Shown: positions 1-11,087 of the stretch, piece after piece | Layout of the letters: each line of letters starts with the position of its first letter | How positions within the stretch are numbered: position 1 is the stretch's first letter | NCBI RefSeq assembly: GCF_018350175.1 | Contig: NC_058385.1 | Coordinates: 83,266,001 to 83,330,000, forward strand | Reading direction: 5' to 3' | Source of the DNA: Felis catus | Lineage: Eukaryota | Length of the DNA: 64,000 nucleotides | The notes under the pieces: model-generated | The model's database searches: none | Told to the model about the DNA's origin: nothing | The model's input: only the letters and a program-made list of their open reading frames with translations | Program-made: the position numbers and the translations under genes

Positions 1-1033
1 CACACCTAGCTCATTGTGAAAGGGGAGCCGCTGCCCGGGAACCACCTGCTGTTTACAGAGGCACCCTGGACCCACAGGCTCTAATTCCTCTCACTGGCTA
101 CGAAGACAAATCTCCTATTGTCTGCACCATGGGAGGAACACGAAGCCTCGCAACTGTAGGTTTCTGCAGAGGTCACTGGAGGTTTGGTTAAACCCTACGA
201 CACCGAACGGAGGGCGGGCGGCGGGGGGTACGGGGGGGGGGGGTGCGCTGCATTTTTGCTGTTGAAGGTTGCGCAGCGCCCACAGCAGCTGCTGGTGGGA
301 GCAGCATGTAACACACCCACAGCTGCCGCGGCCTCGCAGCCGGCCGCACGTTTTAAAATAAAAGACGTCCTGACCCCCAGATGCACAGCCTGCCTCACTC
401 GTAGCCCTCGACACGGAACACGCGGCCTCCACCCACACCACTCCCGCAACCAGGAAGCAACCTAGAGAATTCCAGCTCCAGGAGGGCTGCGCCCCGGGGC
501 GCCCCAGCCTGCCGCGCTGCAGAGGCCAGGTCTGCGAAGCCCTGCGGACACGGCCCGCACCCAGAGACGCGCGACACGACTCCCCGCGCCCGGACAAAGC
601 CCCCACCCCGCACCCCGCCCCGACTGAGCCCCGCAAACCACGCCGACGCCCCACACTCGGGCCCGCCCTCAGGCCGGGCACACTCACACCCACACTCACC
701 CACGGCCGAGGCCACTCACGCTCACCGTCAGTGGGCCACACTCACGGTCACCCACGGGCCGGGCACACTCGCACTCACGCCCACCACGGGCCGGGCACAT
801 TCACACCCACCTCACACACCCTGCCCCCCGCGCGGCCTCGACCCCCAGCGCCCCGCGCCCCCGCCCAACCCGGCCCGGCACACCCACGCTCCCTCCCCTC
901 CCCGCCCCGGCTGCAGCCCCGTCCGCCCTTTCGGAGGCCGCGGGCCCGGACCTCGGCGAGGCCGGGCGGGGGCCGCAGCGCCGGCCCCTCCGCCATCTTC
1001 CTGGCCCGCGCCGCCCACCGCCCGCGCTCTCAC

Positions 1034-1270
1034 CCGCCGGCTGCTCGCGGGCCGCGCCGCCACAGCCCTTCATCCCGGCCTGAGCGCCGCACCCGAGCTC
1101 TCCGCGGCTCTCCCGCCGCAGCCGCCACCGCAGGAGCAGGAGCAGCGTCAGGAGCAGCCTGCTCGGTCCGCGTCCTGCGCCGCCGCCGCAGCTGCCGAAG
1201 CCGCCGCTGCCGCTGCCGCTGCCGCCGCCGAAGCCGCCGCCGCCGCCGGCCCAGTGCGCCGCAGCCGCGC
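1034..1270 (-). other. Putative non-coding first exon of a gene running off the left edge (possibly ARHGAP39 by synteny)
   Basis: Minus-strand donor GCGG|GTGAGA at 1033-1028, CGG-rich leader, G/UG-rich sequence downstream. Identity rests only on recalled ARHGAP39-COMMD5 adjacency in cattle; no coding sequence is visible. 5' end approximate. Confidence 0.45.
1177..1248. repeat. Interrupted (GCC/GCT)n trinucleotide repeat
   Basis: cgccgccgccgcagctgccgaagccgccgctgccgctgccgctgccgccgccgaagccgccgccgccgcc. Confidence 0.85.
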
Positions 1271-1929
1271 GTCCTCCCGTCACCAGCGCAACCCCCCGCC
1301 TCCGGCCCCGCCCCCGCGCCTCCCAGCTCCCGCCGCCAGGGGGCGTCTCCGCGAGCCCGGTGCGCGTGCGCCGGCGTGCGGCCCGCAGGGAGCCAGAATC
1401 CGGCCCGAGGGCGCGCGCGGCCTGCCGGGAGGCGGGAGTGCGGTCGAGCCGGCTCCGCCCACGAGGCGAGCGGGCAGGTGAGCCCCGCGGAACCGGCGGC
1501 CCCCTGCCCGGGAGACGCCGCAGACCTCCAGGCAGTCCCACGGCCCGCACCCTGGCCGACCTTTCCAGTGTGATCGCTCTGGAGACTCTCCATGTCCCTT
1601 TGGTGGGTGCAGTTGACGCTTCAGACGTCTCGCTGTGGAGTTGGTGTCATTTTACCTCCGGAAACCATATCGGACCCCCTGAGTCTCAGATTTCCCTTTT
1701 CCTGGATTCTGGAAAGTTATCAGCCTTTGTCTCTTTAAAATGTTGGTTCTCCTCCATTCTCGTAGTCTCTCGTAATTTGTTAGCTAAGTCGGACGATCTG
1801 TATCCTCCGTGTCTGTATTGTTTTCTATCATTTTGCTCTGTCATTCCTAACTCTTGGTAATTGCTCAGTTTCATCTTTACTAGTGCTCTCTTCAGCATTC
1901 TCTAATGTCTCTAGCTAGCTTCAAGCTTT

Positions 1930-2151
1930 AAAAAATTTTTTTCTTCAACGTTTTTATTTATTTTTGGGACAGAGAGAGACAGAGCATGAACGGGGGAGGG
2001 GCAGAGAGAGAGGGAGACACAGAATCGGAAACAGGCTCCAGGCTCTGAGCCATCAGCCCAGAGCCTGACGCGGGGCTCGAACTCACGGGCCGCGAGATCG
2101 TGACCTGGCTGAAGTCGGACGCTTAACCAACTGTGCCACCCAGGTGCCCCC
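1930..2151 (-). mobile_element. CAN-SINE (SINEC_Fc type)
   Basis: Full tRNA-derived body, (GA)n and T-tail; TSD agcttcaagcttt at 1917-1929 and 2152-2164. Confidence 0.95.
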
Positions 2152-2469
2152 AGCTTCAAGCTTTTAAAAATCGTTATTACCCATATCCATTTCTAAAAGT
2201 TGCATTTGACTTCTATTTCTAAGCTAAACAGCCAGAAACTCACAACGAACTACAGAAGCCCGCAGCTCACTCCTGCTGCGCTCCACTGCTGCCATGTCTC
2301 CTCGGGAGCTCTCTGACCAGGAGTGTGGCACCACTCGTGCACCTCCCTTTTGGGCCATCCTCACACTTCATACCCAAACGCGTGGACAGGTGGTCTTTGC
2401 TATTTTGTCTGGAGCTCCGTCTCCATTGTAGGCACCTGAGAAAACCCACCCTGGATGAACCCAACCATT

Positions 2470-3230
2470 CTCCATCATGACCGCTGGAGAAACATCACAC
2501 ACCCAGGCGAGGTGGTTTCACTTTAAACTTAAAATGAGTACTTCACACTCACCTGCAATCTTGTGATGTTCTCAGGTAGCACAAGCCGCTCACTCTCCAA
2601 GTGACCACCAGAATTTCTCAGGCCTCTCTAGTTGAACCTCCCAGATGAGACCAAAACTCTTCTTATCACCAAACCCAAAGGGCCACCCATATCCATCCTC
2701 TGCCCTTCACCTTCCTTCCTGAAAATGTGCAAGCATTATTTCCCTGCTCCTACCTAAGGCAGTCCCTCCCCTGGAGAACTGGAACCTGCTCCCTCTTAAA
2801 TTTTCAAAGATTGTGCGTAGCTATCTCCTCTCCTAATCGTCTGTCTTTCTCTATTTAATTATTTCCATGAGCATACAAATACACTCTGATATTTTTCATT
2901 ACAAATAGACCAAAAAAAAGGGGGGGGCTCCTTTAACTTCATATCCTCCTCCCAGGTCTATGCCGCCCCTCAGCCTCCCTGGTGGCTGTGCTGCTCAAAA
3001 GGCTGCCTGCAACTCTTACCTCTTTCTCCTCTCATCCTCCAATTCCATGGAACACATCCCTATTTAGGTCACTTGTTGCTGACTCCAGTGTACTTTTTTC
3101 TGTTGTCATCTGGTAATCCTATCAGGAACATCCCACATGTTGAGTCTGAGTTCCTTTTGTTGACGGGAGCACTGGATGTACAAGTTCAGGGCTCCAATGA
3201 CTTCGTGTGTCATATGCATGTAACACCGCA
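2470..3230 (+). mobile_element. Old L2 LINE fragments
   Basis: Resembles L2 (gctggagaaa..cacac..tggtttcactttaaa), pyrimidine-rich, highly diverged. Confidence 0.45.
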
Positions 3231-3242
3231 GGATGTCAGTTG

Positions 3243-3443
3243 GGTTTTTTTTTTAATGTTTATGTTTGAGACAGAGCATGAATGGGGTTGGGTCAGAGAG
3301 AGAGGGAGACACAGAATCTGAAACAGGCTCCAGGCTCCGAGCTGTCAGTACAGAGCCAGATGCGAGGCTCGAACTCATGGATCATGAGATCATGACCTGA
3401 GCCGAAGTCCGACGCTCAACCAACTGAGCCACGCAGGCGCCCC
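3243..3443 (-). mobile_element. CAN-SINE
   Basis: SINEC body; TSD caggatgtcagt on both sides. Confidence 0.95.
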
Positions 3444-4288
3444 ACACAGGATGTCAGTATTTTGACTAAGGACAGCAGGTAAGACATGTCCACGTATTCT
3501 AGAAAGATGCAAACACCTATATTCAGGGCTTCTAGGATGCTGCCAATGACTGCTCCATAATTCTTTGCCCTTCACCATTCCAGGTACATGTAAACTAGGA
3601 AGTGAGAGGGTGAATGAAGGTTTCCTTGGAAAAAGATGTAGACCTACTAGTGTGTCTCCATTCTCCTTTCCCACCTCCTGCCAAACATAGGTGAAAGTGT
3701 TTATATAATGGAAAAAAATAAATATGGGAAAATATATATTGGAGAAATGATCCAAAATGAAACCCAGGTGGAAATTTAAGATCACTGAAACAGTGAAATA
3801 ATTGAAGTGAGAAACATTGCCAAGGTAAAAAGGAAATTACATTCTGTTAAGAGAGTACAAATAATTAACAATATTGGTAACTTTAAAAATAAAACTGCCA
3901 GTTATTTTGCCAGCAAAAATGGGCTTATTCGGTACTAGCAGAGAATTGCAATTCAGGATAAACAAGCTAAAGCAAAACCATAGGCAAGTCTTCAGAGCAA
4001 AGGAGAGCAAAACTCTTTTATAGAGGAAAGTGGGTAGTACGGAGTATCTACCTTCAAGTGAGTTCGGTACACGAAAGTTGTATTAGGCTGCAAGGAGTGG
4101 TGAGCTCCCTCTGCTGGCCTCCCAGCTCCGTCTTAAACGAAGTTTATTTTATTCAGTTTCACAATATATACAGTTGGTCCCTAAACAACATAGCTCTGAA
4201 CTGTGTGGATCCACTTATATGTGGATTTTCTTCAATAAATATATTAGAAAATGTTTTGGAGATTTGTGATAATTTAGAAAAACTTGCA

Positions 4289-4517
4289 GTGGCCCTCGGG
4301 TGGCTTGGTTAAGTGTCCGACTTCAGTTCAGGTCATGAGCTCACGGTTTGTGGGCTTCCTCCCCTCCCCCCTCCCCCATGTGGGCTCTGTGCTGACAGCT
4401 CAGAGCCTGGTGCCTGCTTCAGATTCTGTGTCTCCCTCTCTCTCTGCCTCTCCCCCGCTTGCACTCTCTCTCTCTCTCAAAAATAAATAAACATCAAAAA
4501 ATAATAATACAAATTTT
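4289..4517 (+). mobile_element. CAN-SINE inside Tigger2
   Basis: SINEC body; TSD aaaaacttgca. Confidence 0.9.
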
Positions 4518-4800
4518 AAAAACTTGCAAACTTCATAGCCTAGAAATATGAAAAAATAATTTTAAGGTTAGGTGTGTCAGGAATGCATAAAATATGCAGA
4601 TACGAGTCTACTGAATCATCTACTACTGTCAAATGTACACGAGATTATAAAAAGTTAAAATTTATCAAAACTTATGCACACAAATACAGACCATGTATAG
4701 CGTCATTCGTAGTCAAGAGAAATATAAGCAATCTAAAGATGCAGTATTAAATCATAACTGCATAAAATTAGCTGCAGTCTTTTTCAAAAGAAAGCTACAG

Positions 4801-5000
4801 GGTCTCCTGTGTGGCACAGTTGGTTAAGTGTCCGACTCTTGATCTCGGTCAGGTCATGATCTCCCAGGTTCGTGAGTTCGGGCTCTGCACTGATGGTGTG
4901 GAGCCTGCCTGGAATCCTGTCTCTCCTTCTCTCTGCCCGTCCCCCTCTTGTGCACTCGCGTTATCTCTCTCTCTCTCAAAATAAATTAATTAATTAAAAA
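4801..5000 (+). mobile_element. CAN-SINE
   Basis: SINEC body with (CT)n and A-rich tail. Confidence 0.9.
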
Positions 5001-5002
5001 AA

Positions 5003-5211
5003 ATTTTTTTAATGTTTATTTTTGACCGAGAGAGAGAGACAGAGCATGAGTGGGAGAGGGGCAGAGAGAGAGGGAGACACAGAATCCGAAGCAGGCTGCA
5101 GGTTCTGAACTGCCAGCACAGAGCCCGACGCGGGGCTCGAACTCACAGACCGTGAGATCATGACCTGAGCTGAAGTCGGACGCTCAACCGACTGAGCCAC
5201 CCAGGTGCCCC
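5003..5211 (-). mobile_element. CAN-SINE inserted into the tail of the preceding SINE
   Basis: Near-consensus SINEC_Fc; TSD taaattaattaa. Confidence 0.95.
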
Positions 5212-6030
5212 TAAATTAATTAACTTAAAAAAAAAAGCTACAGACCCAAAATGACATCACATAGACCAAGTCACCAAACCAGGGCTTACTACCTAACCTA
5301 ATTGCTTTTTCGCCCTGCCCCAGAAATGTAGTCTTAGAAATTTTCTGGTCAGCACCAGGAAGGTAATCTGACACATGGGCCTCTCCATCTCCCAAAGGAA
5401 GATGAGATAATCCACCTTCTAAGGACTTTTTGTCCCCAAATGAAGGTGACCTCACCTAAAATAATCCTTTTTTTTTTTTTTTTTTCTGGTTATGACTTCC
5501 CTGTTCTGCTTTTAAAAACCGTTCCATTTCTGTGGCCTTTTGGAGCTCTGCTCTACTTGATACATGGTTGATTCATGAATCACTTAATAAAGACAATTAG
5601 ATCTTCAAATTTACTTGGTTAAATTTTGTTTTTTTCACAGCACATAATGTACGACTGTGATAAATATCAGCCACCTCCTGTTGCTATTGTGAGCTCCAGT
5701 GTTTTAAGGGTCCACTGAAAATGCCTTGTGACGTTNNNNNNNNNNNNNNNNNNNNNNNNNNNNNNNNNNNNNNNNNNNNNNNNNNNNNNNNNNNNNNNNN
5801 NNNNNNNNNNNNNNNNNNNNNNNNNNNNNNNNNNNNNNNNNNNNNNNNNNNNNNNNNNNNNNNNNNNNNNNNNNNNNNNNCTAATGATGCTCCCAGGAAG
5901 CAGGAAAAATGATGTTAAAAGAAAAAGTTGGATTGCTTCATATGTGCTGCAGATTGAGTTCTGCAGCTGCAGTTGCCTGCGATCTCAAGATAAATGAATC
6001 CAGCCTAAGAACCATTATAAAAAGAGGAAA

Positions 6031-6355
6031 AGGGACATCTGGCTGGCTCAGTCAGTAGAGCAGGCGACTCTTGATCTCAGGGTTGTGAGTTCAAGCCCCA
6101 CATTGGACATGGAGTTTACTTAAAAAAAAAAAAAAAGGAGAGAGGGAGGGGTGCCTGGGTGGCTTGGTGGGTAAAGTGTCTGACTCTTGATTTCAGCTCA
6201 GGTCACGATCTCACGGTTTGTGGGTTCAAGCCCCATGTCGGGCTCTGTGTCGGGCTCTGGGGAGCCTACCTGGGATTCTCCCTCTGTCTCTCTCTGGCCC
6301 TCCCTCCTTCCCTCTCTTTCTCTTAAAATAAATAAACTTAAAAAAAAAAACTAAA
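6031..6355 (+). mobile_element. Short tRNA-Lys-like SINE (6031-6137) followed by a CAN-SINE (6148-6355)
   Basis: ggctggctcagtcagtagagc..gttcaagccccac followed by poly(A); the second element has a SINEC body. Both interrupt the transposase. Confidence 0.85.
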
Positions 6356-6724
6356 AATAGAGTGAAGAAAATTCATGGAGCTGTTGTTGCAACTCTGCCA
6401 GGAGGACTGAAAACCTCACAATTATTGTGAAATACCTTTTTATCTCATACTGAAAATGCAGCTTTCAGTATGGGTGCAGAATTGCTATAAGGCATACCTG
6501 TAGACCCCGATATGATTTGAGAAAAAAGCCACGTCATTCTGGGACAACTTAATATAAAAGGAAGTTGAAAGATCTAAAGCTGGAGAATTCAATGCCAGCA
6601 AAGGATGGTTTGACAATTGTTGAAAGAGGTTTGGCTTAAAAATGTCAAGAGACGCAGCTTCAGCTGACCAACAGGCAGCAGGTGAGTGCCTAGATGCCAT
6701 TAAGAAAACCATTGAGAAAGGACA

Positions 6725-7150
6725 GAGTGCCTGGGTGGCTCAGTTGGCTCAGGTCATGATCTCACAGTCTGTGAGTTTGAGCCCTGCATCGGGCTCTGTG
6801 CTGACAGCTCAGAACCTGCAGCCTGCTTCAGATTCTGTGTCTCCCTCTCTCTGCCCCTCATGCACTCTGTCCTCTTGCTCTCAAAAATGAATAAACATTA
6901 AAAATAAAAAAATCATAGGGGCGCCTGGGTGGCTCAGTCGGTTGGGCGGCCGACTTCGGCTCGGGTCACGATCTCGCGGTCCGTGAGTTCGAGCCCCGCA
7001 TCGGGCTCTGGGCTGATGGCTTAGAGCCTGGAGCCTGCTTCCAATTGTGTGTCTCCCTCTCTCTCTGCCCCTCCCCCATTCATGCTCTGTCTCTCTCTGT
7101 CTCAAAAATGAATAAAACGTTAAAAAAATTAAAATTAAAAAAAAATTAAA
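6725..7150 (+). mobile_element. Two tandem/nested CAN-SINEs
   Basis: Bodies at ~6725-6916 and 6918-7150; outer TSD cattgagaaag. Confidence 0.9.
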
Positions 7151-8209
7151 AAATCATTGAGAAAGACATCTGCCTGAACAGGTTTTTCATGCAGATGAAA
7201 GTACCTTATCATGGGGTAAAAATGCCACAAAGAACATTTATTAGTAAGGAAGAGAAGTGAGCGCAAGGCCTTAAGGCAGAAAGGGAGAGGCTAACTCTAC
7301 CGTTTTGTGCAAATTCAGTCTCACTTATGATTGGGACTGTCCTTATCTATAAAGCTGCTGACTCCTGAGCTTTGAGGGGAAATAATAATCACCAGCTGCC
7401 AGTCTTTTGGTTGTACAAGAAGGCCTGGATGAGAACCCGTTCCCTGGATTGGCTCCATGAAGTCAGGGAGTACCTTGCCAGTAAGGGAAGTACCTTGCCT
7501 TTTAAAGTTCTTTTCGTATTGGACCATGCACCTGCCCACCCAGATCTCCACGAGTTCAATCCTGAAGGCCTTGGAGTGGTCTACTTGCCCTCAAACAGTG
7601 TCTCTAACTCTGTCTAGGTCAGGGGGCCATGAGGACCTTTAAGGCTCATTATTCATGGCACTCTATGGAAAGGTATGTCAATGCTATGGAAGAGAACCCC
7701 AGTAGGAACTCACAACATGAAAACCTGGAAGGACTACACCATTGAAGATGCCGTTATTGTTATAGAAAGGGTTGTGAAAGCCATCAAACCTGAAACAACG
7801 AATTTTTGTGGAGAAAACTGTGTCCAGATGCTACGCGTGACTTCACAGGATTTACAACAGAGCCAATCAAGGAAATTACGAGATTGTGGATATAGCAAAA
7901 AAGGTGAGGGGTGAAGGGCTTCAAAATGTGGGTCTTGCAGAAATTCAAGAGCTAACAGACACCAGACCAAAGGGACTAACAGAGGACAACTTGATGAAGG
8001 TGAGTGTTTCCAACCCAGTGCCAGACGATGAGGAAGAAGATGTACAAGAAGCAGCACAGAGAGCAAGTGGACATAAGGCAATCTGGCAGAGAGATTCTGA
8101 TGACTCAAGACTGCTTTTGACTGCTTTTACAACACTGACCCTTCTGTGATATGGGCCCTGAATTTAAACAGTGGAGGAAGGATGAGCACCTATACAATAC
8201 ATTTTAATA

Positions 8210-8409
8210 ATTTAAATTTTATTAACTTTGAGATGGGGGGGCGCAAAGTGGGGATAGGGGCAGAGAGACAGGGAGGGACAGAGAGAGAATCCCAAGCAGG
8301 CTCCACATTGTCAGCGCAGAGCCTGACTCGGGGCTCAAACTTCCCAATCGTACAATCGTGACCTGAGCCAAAGACGGGTGCTTAACCAATTAAGCCACCC
8401 AGGCACCCC
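8210..8409 (-). mobile_element. CAN-SINE
   Basis: Reverse SINEC body ending gccacccaggcacccc. Confidence 0.9.
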
Positions 8410-9279
8410 TGAAACATTTCTAGAGAAATGAAAAAGCCAAAAAGTCAAGATAGAAATGATGATGTATTTCTGCAGGGTTACACTGAGTGTGCCTCCCTCC
8501 CCTCCACTTCCCCTCCTTCTCGGACCACTCAGTGTGAAGTCGAGGAAGATGGAGAACTGTATGAGGGTCCGCTTCCACTTAATGAATAGTAAATAACCAT
8601 CAGGCAGTCCGATTAACAAACTTGCCTCTTGTGTGTGTGTCCTTGTGTGGAAATCTAGTAACCGTATGGCAAGAACTTCATGAGATATTTTGTGTCATCA
8701 CCATCAACTAGGCATAACTGGGCATAACAAAGGCATAACGTGAGGGATGTTCAATACAAAATTCATGCATTAGTTTTCTTACTATTTTATAACATTGCTT
8801 TCAAAGAATTACATTACTGTACAACATGTCTCTCTCTCTCCTAATTGGAGAAAATGTGTATCAGCCTATCACAGGTAAGCATGCTTTTTTTTAAGTAGCA
8901 GTTTCTAATGCTATATTATGAACATGACTGTAATACTCTATGCCATACAAATTTTATAGCAATTCATTTATTAGTACATAGGGTAGGCTACTGTGTAGCA
9001 ATCATATTAATTACACTAAGCTACCATAAAGCAATCCCGTTACTGCCCGCATCAATGCATGGATTGTTATGCCTGTAAATAAATATGAATTTCTTTTTCA
9101 CATTATCTTTTCATTTTTGATGTCTAGTGTTAGTAACACCTATAATATCTACAGTGTTTTATATCATATAAGACAGTATTGACATAGGTACTGACAGACA
9201 ATTCATCTTGTTAGTGGGCAATGTAAACAATATCAATACAGTACTGTAAATTTATTCTCTCTTCCTTATTATTTTCTCT

Positions 9280-10536
9280 TTTTTTCTTTTTTCTTTTTAA
9301 GATTAACACACAGTATTATATTATTTTTGGGTGTACAACATAATGATCTGACAATTCCATACATTACCCAGTACTCATGGTGATAAGTGTACTCTCGATG
9401 CCCTTTATCTACTTCACCCATCCTCGCCACAACTCCCCTCTGCCAACCACCAGTTTGTTCTCTGTATTTGAGTTTGTTTTTTGTCTTATTTTCCTTTGTT
9501 TGCTCTTTTTTTTGTTTGTTTCTTAAATTCCACATAGAAGTGAAAATATAGGGTCTTTGTCTTTCTATAATTGATGTTTCACTTAGCATTACACCCTCTC
9601 GGTCCGTGCGTGTTATTGCAAATGGCAAGATCTCATTCTCTGCTATGGCTAATATTCCACTGTGTATATACACCACATCTTCTTTATCCACTCATCTATT
9701 GGTGGGTACTTGAGTTCCTTCCATATCTTCGCACTGTAAATAATTCTGTGATAAGCATGGGGCGAATATATCTTTTCAAACTAGTGTTTTTATTTTCTTT
9801 ACGTAAATACTCAGCAGCGAAATGACTGGATCATATGGCAATTCTATTTTTAATTTTTTGAGGAACTTCCACACTGCTTTCCACAGTGGCTGCACCAATT
9901 TACATTCTCACCAACAGCACATGAGGGCTCCTTTTTTTCTACATCCTCCCCAACACTTGTTATTTCTTGTGTTTTTCTTTTGCTTTAAGTTTATTTATTT
10001 TTTTGAGAGAGATAGTGACTGGGGGGAGGGGCAGAGAGAGAGAGACAAAGACAGAGACAGAGACAGAGACAGAGACAGAATCCCAAGCAGGCTCCACGCT
10101 GTCAGTGCAGAAACCGATGCGGTTCTCGATCTCACAGCAGCGAGATCATGACCTGAGCTGAAACCAAGAGTCAGAGGCTTAACCAACTGAGTCACCCAGG
10201 TGCCCCACTTGTGTTTTACATTTTAACCATTCTGACAGGTGTAGGGTGGTATCTCATTGCCATTTTGACTTGCATTTCCCTGATGATTAATGATGTCGAG
10301 CATCTTTTCATGTCTGTATGTCTTCCATGAAAAATTGTTCAGGCCTCTGCCCATTTTTTTAATGGGATCATCTGGGGTTTTGGGTGTGGAACTCTATAAG
10401 TTTTTAAGATATAGTGTGAATAGTAACCCCTTTACCAGATATATCATTTGCAAATATCTTCTTCCATTCAGTAGGTTGCCTTTTTGTTTTGCTGATGGTT
10501 GCCTTCACGGTGCAAAAGCTTTTTATTCTGATGTAG
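9280..10536 (-). mobile_element. 5'-truncated carnivore L1 (ORF2 C-terminus plus 3'UTR) with an internal SINE at ~9985-10206
   Basis: T-rich tail at left; ORF2-like ENEILPFAIT..EGVMLSE on the minus strand; runs into an N gap. Confidence 0.9.
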
Positions 10537-11087
10537 NNNNNNNNNNNNNNNNNNNNNNNNNNNNNNNNNNNNNNNNNNNNNNNNNNNNNNNNNNNNNNNN
10601 NNNNNNNNNNNNNNNNNNNNNNNNNNNNNNNNNNNNNNNNNNNNNNNNNNNNNNNNNNNNNNNNNNNNNNNNNNNGTTAGCAGCAGACTATTAGTAGGTA
10701 AGTTTTTAGGGAGTCAAAAGTTATATGCAGATTTTCGACTGCAAGGGGAGCTGGTGCCCCAACCCCTGTGTTGTTCAGGGTCAGCTGTATGAACAGAACT
10801 TTTCATTGTGTTTACATTTGGAACATTCCTTCCATCCTTTCATTCATTCATGCAACAAGTGCTTTTTGTGTGCCACCTGTGTGCATTCTTCTAGATGCTG
10901 AGGGTAAGAGCAAGCCAAGCAAAGTCCTTGTCCTTGTCTTTGCGGCATTTGCATTTTGGTTTGGGAGAACATTCCAGTTTTCAAAGGAAATCTCTGTCAC
11001 TACCTGGTCTGCTGTCATATATTTATTTGTTTATTGTCAGTCTCCTCATTAGAATGTCAGTTCCAGGGGGCAGCGTCTTCCTCATCA

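Larger units (their letters stand above)
500..1600. promoter_or_regulatory. CpG island / probable bidirectional promoter
   Basis: Very GC- and CpG-rich with GC boxes and a YY1-type CGCCATCTT at 991-999. Splice donors face outward on both strands (minus at 1033, plus CAG|GTGAGC at 1478). Confidence 0.85.
4779..5637 (+). mobile_element. Solo LTR (ERV1-like) inserted in Tigger2, itself carrying two SINEs
   Basis: Interrupts Tigger sequence between cagt/cagc; AATAAA at 5586 then T-rich end ..ttttCA; SINE TSD aaagctacag reunites its two parts. Confidence 0.6.
4171..10787 (+). mobile_element. Near full-length Tigger2-family (Tc1/mariner-pogo) DNA transposon with decayed transposase and nested insertions
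   Basis: TA|CAGTTGGTCCCTAAACAACA left TIR and TGTTGTTCAGGGTCAGCTG|TA right TIR. Transposase remnants: MMLKEKVGLLHM..SAAAVA..KINESSLRTI (5909), GEFNASKGWFDN (~6580), PEQVFHADES (~7170), FKVLFVLDHAPAHP (~7500), WKDYTIEDA (~7725). Confidence 0.9.

Noticed and set aside
115-1860. Many long overlapping ORFs (e.g. 731..1573, 801..1550)
   Set aside because: Low-complexity R/P/A/G translations expected in a stop-poor CpG island; no recognisable domain.
6031-6137. tRNA-Lys-like sequence as a tRNA gene
   Set aside because: Ends in poly(A), has mismatched stems and sits inside a transposon; it is a tRNA-derived SINE.
7372-8149. Transposase ORFs as a domesticated TIGD gene
   Set aside because: Multiple stops, frameshifts and SINE insertions; lies between TIRs.
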